Source: an uncultured Spirochaetaceae bacterium
GTDB lineage: Bacteria > Spirochaetota > Spirochaetia > Treponematales > Treponemataceae
Length of the DNA stretch: 64,000 nucleotides
Direction of reading: 5' to 3'
Assembly (NCBI GenBank): GCA_937875245.1
Contig: CALNCH010000036.1
Span: 6,093-70,092, forward strand
Part shown: in pieces, positions 22,498-32,661 of the stretch
Layout of the letters: every line of letters starts with the position of its first letter
How positions within the stretch are numbered: the first letter of the stretch is position 1
Position numbers and translations under genes: made by a program
Notes under the pieces: model-generated
Database searches by the model: none
Seen by the model: only the letters and a program-made list of their open reading frames with translations
What the model was told of the DNA's origin: nothing

Positions 22498-23037
22498 TTA
22501 CTTAATTCCGGTAGAACCAAATCCTCCTGATCCTCTTTCTGTAACTTCTTTATAAAGCTCTTCAATAGGTAATTCTAAAGGTTTTGAGTATAAAACCGGA
22601 ATTAAGATGAATTGAGCTATCTTCATACCCGGAGTTAATGAAACTAAACCTCTACCAAAATTATATACATGGATATGAATTTCGCCTTGGTAATCAGCAT
22701 CAACTATTTTAGCAGCAACTTTTAATTTGTGTTTAGTAGCTATGCCTGATTTATCATTAGCCATTAACATATAATTAGAAAGGGGTCCAGACATATTAAC
22801 ATGAATACCGGTTGGAATACAAATATCGTCATGTGTTCTTAATTTTGTTTCTTGAAAATCATTTGGAATATAGAAATCTAATCCAGCTGATAATTCAGTT
22901 CCTCTTGTAGGTGACTTAACATCTTTAGTTTTAGCAAAAGGTAAATCCGGAGTAATAAATGAAATTATACCTTGTGTTTCAAGGTAGGCTTCTCCCCATT
23001 GTTGAGTACTCTCTTCTGATTGTTGATTGTTATCCAT
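22498..23037 (-). CDS. dut: dUTP diphosphatase (trimeric dUTPase)
   Basis: Five dUTPase motifs: SAGLDFY, IPTGIHV, KIVDADYQGEIHIHVYN, GMKIAQFILIPV, ERGSGGFGSTG. The ORF extends to an ATG at 23103, adding a hydrophobic 22-aa extension. I prefer ATG 23037 (MDNNQQSEE...) but this is not proven. Confidence 0.88.
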   Translation of the reverse strand: MDNNQQSEESTQQWGEAYLETQGIISFITPDLPFAKTKDVKSPTRGTELSAGLDFYIPNDFQETKLRTHDDICIPTGIHVNMSGPLSNYMLMANDKSGIATKHKLKVAAKIVDADYQGEIHIHVYNFGRGLVSLTPGMKIAQFILIPVLYSKPLELPIEELYKEVTERGSGGFGSTGIK

Positions 23038-23247
23038 TGTAAATACATTTGTGATTTGTGAAGTTAAATAGTAGACAAAGAATATGGGAGTAAAGACCCC
23101 CATACCTTAGAAAACAAAAATAAAAATAATTACTGTAATTCAAAAACGTAAAACCAGAAACGTTGTGAAAACCGAATGTTATAATTCAATAGTAGTTTTT
23201 TCTTTCTCTAGTGTCTAATAACTATAACAATATAATATACCACTATT

Positions 23248-23286
23248 TAAATATATATATATATTAGTATATATATATTATAAATA
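23248..23286. repeat. (TA)n near-palindrome in the divergent intergenic region
   Basis: AAATATATATATATATTAGTATATATATATTATAAA, between the minus-strand cluster and the late operon. Confidence 0.7.
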
Positions 23287-23342
23287 GGTAATAAAGTAAG
23301 TATAATACAATGTATAGGTTAATTACATAATACGTAATACAC

Positions 23343-24071
23343 ATGGAAACAAAACAGATTATCGAAATTAAAGGGAAGGATCCTTTGTTCAAGGTTATGG
23401 GAATAATCATCATAGGATTATTAGGAGCAGTGTTAGTAAATGATTGTAGTGGAGGTGATGAATTACCACCAGAAGTAGTTTACAAATATAAAACAGATAC
23501 AATATACAAAGACTCAGATTACAAACAACAATATGAACTGGCTTTGAAAGAAGTTGAACGGTGGAAGAAAGCTCCACCTAAAACAGTTGTCAGATGGAAG
23601 CAACCAGACTTAGAGTATGTTACTATAACGAAGGTACCTGATAGTATACTTGTAGAATTAACTAATCTAAAGGAGAGGATAGCCATAGCAGACAACTATA
23701 TTAAGTTCTTACCAAAGAATCCTAAGTTAGTAGACTTATCATTAACAAAAGATACTCTCGGATTGAACTTACTAAACGTAGATGGTAGAGTAACAAGTTA
23801 TATCTATCCAATATATTTAGATACTTATAAATATAAATGGCTAGAAGGTAACCTAAATTATACTAGAACGAGCACTAAAACTAATAAACAGAAAAATAAT
23901 AATTTTAATAACCTATATTTAAACGGAGGTTATGATTTCTTTAAAGAATCCCCAAAATTAGAGATAGAATATTTCATGACACTAGGAAGATTTAAAATCG
24001 AAGCTAATACCGGATTTCAAATTAAAGATGTAAACGCTGAAGTGAAGTTAGGTTATAGATTACTTAAATAA
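23343..24071 (+). CDS. membrane-anchored hypothetical protein (first gene of the late operon)
   Basis: 242 aa. TM helix VMGIIIIGLLGAVLV followed by a beta-rich domain. It occupies the slot where a small terminase is usually found but shows no TerS-like features. Confidence 0.7.
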   Translation: METKQIIEIKGKDPLFKVMGIIIIGLLGAVLVNDCSGGDELPPEVVYKYKTDTIYKDSDYKQQYELALKEVERWKKAPPKTVVRWKQPDLEYVTITKVPDSILVELTNLKERIAIADNYIKFLPKNPKLVDLSLTKDTLGLNLLNVDGRVTSYIYPIYLDTYKYKWLEGNLNYTRTSTKTNKQKNNNFNNLYLNGGYDFFKESPKLEIEYFMTLGRFKIEANTGFQIKDVNAEVKLGYRLLK

Positions 24072-24075
24072 CCAC

Positions 24076-25569
24076 ATGGCAAAAGAATTAGTGAATAGGC
24101 AATTAACCACTGCCGAATTTGAAAAATTATTAAAGGTAAGGAAAGATCCTTTCTTTTTTGCGTTGTTTATCTTTGTAGTTCACCCCATTAGAGGTAAGGT
24201 ACCATTTTTACTTTACCCATATCAGAAATCAGTATTATGGGCTTTCATTACTCACCGATTCAATATAATACTTAAATTCAGACAGGCAGGAATTACAGAG
24301 TTAATATCACTCTACAGTTTATGGTTAGCAATGTATCATCCAAATAAGACAGTAGTTATTATATCCATTAAAGATATGGTAGCTAAGAAAGTTCTTAGGA
24401 AGATGAAATATATGTATAAAAACTTACCTGACTATCTTCAGGTACCAATTGTAAATGGTAGAGCATCAGAATATGGTACAGCAGATGAGATGTTATTTGC
24501 AAACGGTTCTTCAATTACATCTATTCCAACAACAGAAGAAGCTGGTCGTTCAGAAGCAGTATCATTATTAGTAATTGATGAGGCTGCAATCGTTAGATGG
24601 GCTAATCAAATTTGGGCAGCTGCCTTTCCTACATTATCAACAGGGGGTTCTGCAATAGTTAACTCTACGCCCTACGGAATTGGTAACTGGTACCACAGTA
24701 CTTGGGTAGATGCATTCTCTGGTGGTAGTGATTTTAATCCAATACGTTTACGTTGGGATATGCACCCTGAACGGAACATGGATTGGTATAACTCAATGGC
24801 TACTTCATTAGGTACAAGAAGAACAGCACAGGAGATTGATGGTGACTTCTTAACTTCTGGACATTCAGTATTCGACCTTGACTCGATTAAAGCAATTGAG
24901 GATATGTTAAATGAACACAGAATTATAGAAAAACGTTGGGGAGGTAAATTGAGATTATTTTCTAAACCAATAAAAGGTCAGTATTACTATATAGGGGCGG
25001 ACGTTGCAACAGGGAGAGCACAAGATTATTCTGCCTTCTCTATAATGGATAGGACCGGCGAAGAAGTTGGATGCTTCAAAGGTAAAATGTCAACAGATCA
25101 GTTCTCTGAACTCTTAATAGAAATGGGTTACCGATACAATACAGCTACAATAGCCCCAGAATCAAATGATATTGGTTTAGCAGTAACATCTGCTTTACAG
25201 AAAGCTAATTATCCAAGGCTGTACTATTCTACTAAAATACTTCGAAAAAAAGGGAAAAATAAACCCGAAACAGAAGATATACCAGGATGGTTAACTACTT
25301 CTAAGAATAGAAGTTTAATTATTGATGAGTTAGAAGCTGATATAAGAAATGAAGAAGTAGATATCAGGGACCCATTCTTTGTTCAGGAAGCTTATACCTT
25401 TATATATGATGCTGCCAATAGACCAGTAGCTTTAGGAAAGAATAAGAAAAACAAAGAAGATATTGAGGATGAAGGACAAACATACACGGATGACTCCATC
25501 ATGGCTAAGGCAATTACGAATTTCATAAGAAAAGGTAAAGTTAAATCAGCAATAATAGCACCAAAGTAA
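24076..25569 (+). CDS. terL: terminase large subunit
   Basis: 497 aa. ATPase motifs KFRQAGITE (Walker A-like) and LLVIDEAA (Walker B). C-terminal nuclease-type acidic motifs IGADVATG, APESNDIG, TDDSIMA. Immediately upstream of the portal gene. Confidence 0.88.
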   Translation: MAKELVNRQLTTAEFEKLLKVRKDPFFFALFIFVVHPIRGKVPFLLYPYQKSVLWAFITHRFNIILKFRQAGITELISLYSLWLAMYHPNKTVVIISIKDMVAKKVLRKMKYMYKNLPDYLQVPIVNGRASEYGTADEMLFANGSSITSIPTTEEAGRSEAVSLLVIDEAAIVRWANQIWAAAFPTLSTGGSAIVNSTPYGIGNWYHSTWVDAFSGGSDFNPIRLRWDMHPERNMDWYNSMATSLGTRRTAQEIDGDFLTSGHSVFDLDSIKAIEDMLNEHRIIEKRWGGKLRLFSKPIKGQYYYIGADVATGRAQDYSAFSIMDRTGEEVGCFKGKMSTDQFSELLIEMGYRYNTATIAPESNDIGLAVTSALQKANYPRLYYSTKILRKKGKNKPETEDIPGWLTTSKNRSLIIDELEADIRNEEVDIRDPFFVQEAYTFIYDAANRPVALGKNKKNKEDIEDEGQTYTDDSIMAKAITNFIRKGKVKSAIIAPK

Positions 25570-27083
25570 TGAGAATATTAGGATTTGAAATTAATAGGGC
25601 AAAACCACAAAACAAAGTTTTAAGGGAAAAACCCAAAGAAATAAAGGATACTGAAAGCAAGGATGCTATCAGAACCGGTAAAGTAATTACAGCACCTCCT
25701 GGCAATAGATCAACAGAACCTAATGCTGGGAGCTATGATTTTAATGTGACCAATTTGGTTAATAAATTGAATGTTGTAAAACCCGATTTTCAAATTGATG
25801 CTATCCCATTAATTAGAAAGCTTTACAAAATAAATGAGGATGTTGGTTCTGTATTATATGACTGTATTCAATTAACTAATACGGGACATCACATTAAATT
25901 TAGTCAGGATGTAAATCCAAAACAGGCTGATAAAATGAGAGAACATCTAAAAACAGTTTCAAAGCGATGGCACCATGGTACTGCTGATATAGATGGTTTA
26001 GTTAATAAATGGATAGCTCAGATTTATGTATCAGGAGCTCTTTCTGTAGAATGGATACCTAACATATACTTAACTGGGATAGCTCAGAATGCTTTAATTA
26101 ATCCAGAAACTATAAGATTTGGTTTAAATCCTGATGGTTCTTACAAATCTCTACAGAAATCTAAAAAGATACTTGGAGCTAAGGATCAGGGGATGAAAGT
26201 TTTAAATCCAAACACATATCAATATATATCATTATTCTCAGATGATGATACACCTTATGGAGTACCACCTTTTCTTACTGCTTTAAAAGCATTAGAAACT
26301 CAAGGTGATATGAAAACCAATATCAACTACATTCTTAAACAATTGGGATTACTTGGTTATTTAGAGGTAACACTTGAGAAACCTGACCAACAAGCAAATG
26401 AGGCTGAGAGTACATATATTACTAGATTAGATAGATTACTTAGTGAAAGTAAAACTAATATGTTGAAAGGCTTCAAGGATGGTATAGTAGTAGGTTTCCA
26501 AGGGGATCACTCTTTTGAATTTCACTCAACAACAAAAAACCTTACTGGAGTTGGTGATATATTTAATATGAATGAAAGGCAAATTGCTAATGGCTTAAAA
26601 ACATCACCATCATATTTGGGTGTAAGTGGGGGTTCTACCGAAACATTCATGTCAATTGTATTTACAAAAACGTTATCACAATTACGTAATACCCAACAGA
26701 TATTATCTGCTTGTCTAGAGAAAGGGTATGAAATGGAATTATTATTAGCTGGCTTTGATTATCCGGGTAAACTAGTGGTAGAATTTAATACATCTACGAT
26801 TACAGATGAAGTTAAAATCCAACAGGGTAGACAATATAAACAATTGACTCTTGGTAAATTATACAGAGACTATATTATTAGTGCTGAAACATACGCTGAA
26901 GAAATGGGTTATCAAAAACCTCATAAGGTAGTAGACCCAAAAGAGTTAGCTCAAATTGAAAGTCCAGGAAGTGGAATAGACGGAGAAGATGCTGATAAGG
27001 ATACAAAAAACAAATCAGCAAGAAAAAAAAGAGAAACCGATAAGGTTCAACCCAAACGAAAAGATACTAATACTAAACCCTAA
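25569..27083 (+). CDS. portal protein
   Basis: 504 aa. TAATG overlap with terL. Size and TerL-portal-protease-capsid order support the call. Charged C-terminal tail. Confidence 0.7.
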   Translation: MRILGFEINRAKPQNKVLREKPKEIKDTESKDAIRTGKVITAPPGNRSTEPNAGSYDFNVTNLVNKLNVVKPDFQIDAIPLIRKLYKINEDVGSVLYDCIQLTNTGHHIKFSQDVNPKQADKMREHLKTVSKRWHHGTADIDGLVNKWIAQIYVSGALSVEWIPNIYLTGIAQNALINPETIRFGLNPDGSYKSLQKSKKILGAKDQGMKVLNPNTYQYISLFSDDDTPYGVPPFLTALKALETQGDMKTNINYILKQLGLLGYLEVTLEKPDQQANEAESTYITRLDRLLSESKTNMLKGFKDGIVVGFQGDHSFEFHSTTKNLTGVGDIFNMNERQIANGLKTSPSYLGVSGGSTETFMSIVFTKTLSQLRNTQQILSACLEKGYEMELLLAGFDYPGKLVVEFNTSTITDEVKIQQGRQYKQLTLGKLYRDYIISAETYAEEMGYQKPHKVVDPKELAQIESPGSGIDGEDADKDTKNKSARKKRETDKVQPKRKDTNTKP

Positions 27084-27088
27084 TTAAG

Positions 27089-28612
27089 ATGTCAAAAATT
27101 AAAGAAGACGGTCTGATCATTAATTTAGATGGTACTGGTGAATTAAATTTAAGTTCTGCTCATTCAATGGTAATGGGCCATGTACCAAATAAGGTTACAT
27201 CAGAACAGGTGCAAAAGAAATTAAATGAAGACAGTAGCACAGTACTAGAATCATTTGGTTTATTTGAACAAGCTACACCAAACTATACTACTTACTATCC
27301 GGATGTAACAGCGGATGATTTAAACCCTAAAGATGAAGAGTTCATAGAACCTTTATTTAGGTTATTATCTGAAACGATAGTATCAAAAGGATTTAGACCA
27401 ATTGATTTCAGTAAGCCAGGAGTACTTAAGAAATCTATGCAAATGTTATTGGGTCAAACAATAAACATTGACCATGAGATAGCAGTTGGAAATGCTATTG
27501 GTGCCGTATCTGAAGTATACTGGCAACCCTCATACAAAACTAAATCGGGTATTACAGTACCAGCTGGTATAAATGGTAAGATGAAAATTGATGGTAAATC
27601 AAATCCCCGTATTGCTAGGGGTATTATGATGACACCACCATCAATACACTCAAACTCTGTAACTGTTAGGTTTAAATGGGAACCTTCACACAAATTTGAA
27701 GAGAGTTCAGAATTTTATCAGAAATTAGGAACCTATGATGATAAGGGTCAACTAGTTAGATTGGTAGTAACAGAAGTAATTGGTTACTCAGAAACATCAT
27801 TAGTATCACATGGTGCTGATATGTGGGCTCAGAAGATAAATGAAGATAGAGAAATAGTAAATCCTGAATATGCTGATAGACAATCATTCAGTGTAGACAC
27901 TAAAGCTAATTTCACTAGAAGTTGTGTAGAAATAGACTACAAAACAGAATTATCATTTACTGCTGATAATTCAATACCTGGTGTACCAAATATAAAGAAT
28001 ACAAATCCTAATAACTCAGATATGGACAAATTAATTCAAGAACTTGAAACAAGTTTTGGATTTGAGAAAGGGACATTAACTGCAGAAAACCTTTCGGCTA
28101 AAGTTGCTGAAGTACATTCTCAAAACTTGACTCAAATACAGACTCTTACTCAAGAGAACGGTACTTTAAAAACCGAAAAGGAAACTGCCGAAGGTAAAGT
28201 TACCCAATTACAAGCTGACTTAGATACAGCTAATGCTAACAAATCAGAGTTAGATAATTTCACAGCACAAACTCAAAATGAAGCTGTTAGATTATATAAA
28301 TTAGCTCTTGGGGAAAAGGCTGATGAAAACATCTTAGCATTAATTGGTAAGGCTGATTTAAAAACTTCACAATCATTCGTACAACAGTACACTCAACAAG
28401 TAGATGAAAAATTCGCACAAACTTGTACAGACTGTGGAAGTAAGAATATCAACCGAGCATCAGCTGAGGGTAGTAACGAAAATCTTAATGGTGGAGAATC
28501 TGGTAACCCAGGTGGAACAGATAAACCTAAATCAAGAGCAGAGTTAAAAGCAAGCTTGGCTTCTAAGAAGAAAAGAAATACATTGTTTAACGGTGAAACT
28601 AACGAGGGTTAA
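27089..28612 (+). CDS. prohead protease / scaffold fusion (putative)
   Basis: 507 aa. The N-terminal half has HK97-protease-like His and Ser contexts (TINIDHE; HSNSVTVRF). The C-terminal half is coiled coil (LTQIQTLTQENGTLKTEKETAEGKVTQLQADLDTANANKSELDNF). Lies between portal and capsid genes. Confidence 0.5.
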   Translation: MSKIKEDGLIINLDGTGELNLSSAHSMVMGHVPNKVTSEQVQKKLNEDSSTVLESFGLFEQATPNYTTYYPDVTADDLNPKDEEFIEPLFRLLSETIVSKGFRPIDFSKPGVLKKSMQMLLGQTINIDHEIAVGNAIGAVSEVYWQPSYKTKSGITVPAGINGKMKIDGKSNPRIARGIMMTPPSIHSNSVTVRFKWEPSHKFEESSEFYQKLGTYDDKGQLVRLVVTEVIGYSETSLVSHGADMWAQKINEDREIVNPEYADRQSFSVDTKANFTRSCVEIDYKTELSFTADNSIPGVPNIKNTNPNNSDMDKLIQELETSFGFEKGTLTAENLSAKVAEVHSQNLTQIQTLTQENGTLKTEKETAEGKVTQLQADLDTANANKSELDNFTAQTQNEAVRLYKLALGEKADENILALIGKADLKTSQSFVQQYTQQVDEKFAQTCTDCGSKNINRASAEGSNENLNGGESGNPGGTDKPKSRAELKASLASKKKRNTLFNGETNEG

Positions 28613-28636
28613 TCACCAATCTAAAAACTATATATT

Positions 28637-29074
28637 ATGTTAACAAAGTTTGGAGACGTAACTGAAACTCTTTTTTTAAAAGGGTTTGAAGCTCATAAAT
28701 TACACCACGAATTTTCAGTAGCAACGGGTGTTGGGGCTATAGCCGTTAGAAAGGCACAACCAGTTAAATTAACTGCAGAAGGTAATGTTGAACCTGCTGG
28801 ATCAGCAGAACCAGCACAAAACATTATAGGATACTCTATTCACAATGGAAATCCCGGAGAACTAGTAACTATCGCAATGAAGGCTTACGGAATCGTTTAC
28901 TGTAAACCAAATGCAGCAGTAGAAGCTGGCCCAGTACAATATGCTGGTCAGAATACGGCAGAACCAGAATACCCAGCAGTAGCAACTATTGCAGCTGGTG
29001 AACCTAATTTAATGGGTTGGGCTTTGGATGAGGCTGATGGTGCTAATGATATGATCCGTTTAGCCTTAATCTAG
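28637..29074 (+). CDS. hypothetical head protein (possible DUF2190-type decoration protein)
   Basis: 145 aa, Ala/Gly/Pro-rich, directly upstream of the capsid gene. The role is assigned from position and size only. Confidence 0.55.
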   Translation: MLTKFGDVTETLFLKGFEAHKLHHEFSVATGVGAIAVRKAQPVKLTAEGNVEPAGSAEPAQNIIGYSIHNGNPGELVTIAMKAYGIVYCKPNAAVEAGPVQYAGQNTAEPEYPAVATIAAGEPNLMGWALDEADGANDMIRLALI

Positions 29075-29103
29075 TTTATTATTAATTACACAAAAGCATT
29101 ATC

Positions 29104-30207
29104 ATGAATATAGAAAAATTCGAAGCTTCTCAATATAAAGGGAAAATTCAGAGCCTGGTAAAAGGAGCTGAATCATTCAGAGCAGACAAGGAACAACCAA
29201 TTGACGTTACCTTTGCTGAAGTAGTAAAAGAACAACATGGTATCACAGTTGGTGAATTATTCGCTGATTTAGGAATTGATCCTAACATTGATACCATTTC
29301 AAATATTATCACAGTAGGTGATATGGATATTCGCTGGATCATTCCAGAAATTATCCGTGAAGCAATCTATCTGGGATTAAGAGATGCACCTATCTGGGGG
29401 AGCTTAACTGCTTCTGAACAAGATATCTCTCAACAATCGGTAACTATGCCATATATTAATATGTCAGATGCTGTACCTCATAAAGTTGGTGAAGGTGAAA
29501 CTATTCCATTAGGTTCTATCTCTTATGGACAAAAAACAGTTAAAACCTTTAAAATCGGTCGAGGTATTAAAATTACATACGAAATTAAACAATATGTTTC
29601 GTTAGATGTAATCTCAATTTTCTTCAGAGATTTTGGTATCAAACTTGGACAAGCTTTAGATACATTGGCAATAGATGTACTTATCAATGGAGATCAAGCT
29701 GACGGTTCTGAGTCTGCACCAGTATTAGGGGTAACAACTCCTGGAACAAAGGTTTACAAGGATTTCTTAAGAATTTGGATTAGAGCAGCTCGTATGGGTC
29801 GTAAATTTGGTACGATTATAGGTTCTGAGGATTCTGCTTTGGAGACTTTAGATTTACCGGAATTTAAAGATCGTAAGAGTGGTACAACAGAGGCTAAATT
29901 AAACCTTAAGACGCCGGTACCAAACGAAGCTAGTTACTTCATTCACGGTAACGTACCAGAAAATCAGGAAATCTTAGTTGACCCTCGTTATGCATTGATC
30001 AAATACAATGTTATCCCTTTAATGATTGAAAGCGATAAAATCGTTTCAAATCAAACTGAGGAGTTCTATGCTTCTTTAACTACTGGTTTTGGTAAAATCT
30101 TCAAAGACTCAGTAATTATCTTAGATAGTTCATTGGATTTCGCTACAAATGGTTTCCCAACTTACATGGATGTTGATGCATTCCAAAATGTAGTATTCGG
30201 AAGTTAA
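29104..30207 (+). CDS. major capsid protein (HK97-fold, putative)
   Basis: 367 aa. Position after the protease and decoration genes. Followed by the strongest terminator in the late region. Confidence 0.7.
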   Translation: MNIEKFEASQYKGKIQSLVKGAESFRADKEQPIDVTFAEVVKEQHGITVGELFADLGIDPNIDTISNIITVGDMDIRWIIPEIIREAIYLGLRDAPIWGSLTASEQDISQQSVTMPYINMSDAVPHKVGEGETIPLGSISYGQKTVKTFKIGRGIKITYEIKQYVSLDVISIFFRDFGIKLGQALDTLAIDVLINGDQADGSESAPVLGVTTPGTKVYKDFLRIWIRAARMGRKFGTIIGSEDSALETLDLPEFKDRKSGTTEAKLNLKTPVPNEASYFIHGNVPENQEILVDPRYALIKYNVIPLMIESDKIVSNQTEEFYASLTTGFGKIFKDSVIILDSSLDFATNGFPTYMDVDAFQNVVFGS

Positions 30208-30227
30208 TAAAATATTACAAACAATTT

Positions 30228-30266
30228 AAGAGAGTTGGCTACTTCTAGTTAACTCTCTTATTTTAT
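30228..30266 (+). terminator. rho-independent terminator after capsid gene
   Basis: AAGAGAGTT-N14-AACTCTCTT followed by ATTTTATT. Confidence 0.7.
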
Positions 30267-30302
30267 TAAATAAAGATTAAGTAATTATTAAAATTTACCA
30301 CT

Positions 30303-30740
30303 ATGGCAAAGTATATTAAACTTGGTGAAAAAGCAGAAATCTTCTTTGATCCTACAACCAGAACAAAGGTTTTAAAAGGTCAGATCATTAAATTGGAAGA
30401 CAAACAAAAATTCTCTAAAAAAATCTCTGCAGCAATCGGTGGAGGTCATTTAGTATATTCAACTAAAGAAGCCTACAATGATTACATGGAAGACTTAGCT
30501 TCTAAAGATGATACTAAGGTATTTCAAAAAGAGGAAGACAACTGGTTAGAAGCTTGGGTTGAAGCTAATGAGTTAAGTGAAAAAACACTTAAACCATTGA
30601 AGCACGAGAAATTGGTTGAATTAGCTAAACACTTTGAAAGTGAATTTAGTGATGAGGATTTAAAAGACTCAACAAAAGCGGAATTAATCGAAGAAATCCT
30701 AGACTTAAACTCTGAAGAAGAGGATGAAGAAGAGGAATAA
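30303..30740 (+). CDS. hypothetical protein with acidic tail
   Basis: 145 aa. Helix-extension-helix-like repeats (LKHEKLVELAKHF; TKAELIEEILDL). C-terminus SEEEDEEEE. Confidence 0.7.
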   Translation: MAKYIKLGEKAEIFFDPTTRTKVLKGQIIKLEDKQKFSKKISAAIGGGHLVYSTKEAYNDYMEDLASKDDTKVFQKEEDNWLEAWVEANELSEKTLKPLKHEKLVELAKHFESEFSDEDLKDSTKAELIEEILDLNSEEEDEEEE

Positions 30741-30752
30741 CAAATAACAACT

Positions 30753-31616
30753 ATGGATAAACCAATTGCATATTTCGGATATAGCAAGAAAGGTTTAACA
30801 ATAGAATTTGTAGATAATTCTCTAAACTCTCCAACAGCATGGGCTTGGGATTTTGGAGATGGCAATCAATCTACTACAAAGAACCCAACCCACACATATC
30901 TGGCGTTGGGTTCTTACGTTGTTAAACTTACTGCAACAAATGCTGAAGGTACTTCTGAACCATTTGAAATGAATATTTCAGTAGGCCTAGTAGACGGTAA
31001 AATAGATATTACTCTATTAGAACTCATAGATAAGTACATGCCTTCTGCATTGCGAGGTGAAGCTGATATGAGAGAAAAAATAGCTCTAATCCAAAACTAT
31101 CAATTATATCTACAACCTTTAGTAGAGATACCTTTCAAAGTAAATGAACAGGATACTCACAATGAAAGAGCTTGGCCGGGTATGGTAAATATGTTATTAG
31201 CACAGATGGTAACAATGGATATCATAGTTCAAGGGGCTAATCAGTTTATATCAAATGCAGTTATTGGGGCTATAGACACTGAAGAAGATAATGAAGAGGA
31301 AACACCAGAAAAAGAGAACCAAGATTTAAAAAGCATTGAAACCGGTCCTACAAAAACTGAGTGGTATGAAAATGATTATGGTGTAAAGAAATCAGAAGCT
31401 ATAAAGAATATTGCTCAGGCTTATAGTAATGCTACTAAAGCCGGTGGAGCAATAGATCAATTAAAGGTTATCATTTGTCAACAAGCTTCTAGATTAAGGA
31501 TTTATTTACCTATGTGTGGACAATTAGAACACAATACAGTAGTACCTAGAGTAGGTAAAATCAAAACATCAGGACATAATGCTAACCCATTTGGTATAAC
31601 TAAAAGGATGACATAG
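30753..31616 (+). CDS. PKD domain-containing virion protein
   Basis: 287 aa. The N-terminus FVDNSLNSPTAWAWDFGDGNQSTTKNPTHTYLALGSYVVKLTATNAEGTS is a canonical PKD (Ig-like) domain (WxWDFGDG...HxY...G.Y.V.L.v.N). Confidence 0.85.
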   Translation: MDKPIAYFGYSKKGLTIEFVDNSLNSPTAWAWDFGDGNQSTTKNPTHTYLALGSYVVKLTATNAEGTSEPFEMNISVGLVDGKIDITLLELIDKYMPSALRGEADMREKIALIQNYQLYLQPLVEIPFKVNEQDTHNERAWPGMVNMLLAQMVTMDIIVQGANQFISNAVIGAIDTEEDNEEETPEKENQDLKSIETGPTKTEWYENDYGVKKSEAIKNIAQAYSNATKAGGAIDQLKVIICQQASRLRIYLPMCGQLEHNTVVPRVGKIKTSGHNANPFGITKRMT

Positions 31617-31617
31617 T

Positions 31618-32079
31618 ATGAAACGGATGACAGCTAAACAATGGAAGATGCATAATGATGCAGTAAATGATTACCATGATGATGCATTCCAACAACAAGT
31701 AATATGGCAAAAGAATGTTGTAAGAACAAACCTATTTAATGAAGACTCTGGACAAAAATACCAGGATATCATATTATTAGGTTTAGTACAATACAACCAA
31801 TTCAGAGCTTGGCCAATTACTAGAATGACAGATGCTGGTGAGATAGATAAACAAAATTGTTTATTATACATGAACAATAAATATCTCAGTGAAAATAACC
31901 TTTTAAATTCAGAAGGTCAATTTATATATGATGCTGGAAAAGATTTCTTTGTTTTGAATGGGGTAAGATATAAATCAATGGGAGACTCACAAGCAGCTCA
32001 GGTTGAAAATAGTAATCCCCAATTATTCTTTATCATACTCAAGAGGGAAGATTTATTAACCGGGGATAATACTTACTAA
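31618..32079 (+). CDS. hypothetical head-tail connector protein
   Basis: 153-aa ORF in the neck region between the head and tail modules. Role from position only. Confidence 0.55.
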   Translation: MKRMTAKQWKMHNDAVNDYHDDAFQQQVIWQKNVVRTNLFNEDSGQKYQDIILLGLVQYNQFRAWPITRMTDAGEIDKQNCLLYMNNKYLSENNLLNSEGQFIYDAGKDFFVLNGVRYKSMGDSQAAQVENSNPQLFFIILKREDLLTGDNTY

Positions 32080-32086
32080 AAAACTT

Positions 32087-32650
32087 ATGGCTATAACTAG
32101 AAGGTTACCTAACTTAGTCCCAAAGGTAGAATTATTCGGGGATTGGGACAAAACACATAGAGCTTTTGTTAATTTACCAACAGCAATTGCTTTGGGTTCT
32201 AAATTAGGAAAAGATGCAGCTCTGAGACAGTTAGAGAAAAACATCAAACAAAATATCAGAGCCAATGGTGGATCATTAGGTTGGAAAGAATTATCTAAAA
32301 GAACATTAGCAAATAAGCGAGATAGTAAATATCCAACATCAATATTACGAATGACGGGACTATATTATAGAAGTATAATGATATGGTCAGATACTATAAC
32401 TGGAGCTACATATTTGGGAATTAAACCAAGAACTTATTATCCTACTAAAGGAGCTAGTGGTTTAACAGTTAACCAAGTAGCAAAGGTTTTAGAAAATGGT
32501 TCTCCAGATAGAAATATCCCAGCTAGACCTTTATGGAAACCAACATTTAAACAATTTGGAGGTGGAGCTAGAGTAAAAGGTTATATCATTTGGCACGTAA
32601 GAAATCAGATAATGATACAATGTGGGGTAAGAGCTAAAGTAACATTTTAA
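32087..32650 (+). CDS. virion morphogenesis / tail completion protein (P2 gpS / Mu G-like, putative)
   Basis: 187 aa. WKELSKRTLANKRDSKYPTSILRMTGLYYRSI resembles the pLs..T...K......iL..sG.L..si signature of that family. Confidence 0.45.
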   Translation: MAITRRLPNLVPKVELFGDWDKTHRAFVNLPTAIALGSKLGKDAALRQLEKNIKQNIRANGGSLGWKELSKRTLANKRDSKYPTSILRMTGLYYRSIMIWSDTITGATYLGIKPRTYYPTKGASGLTVNQVAKVLENGSPDRNIPARPLWKPTFKQFGGGARVKGYIIWHVRNQIMIQCGVRAKVTF

Positions 32651-32661
32651 AATAAAACGCT

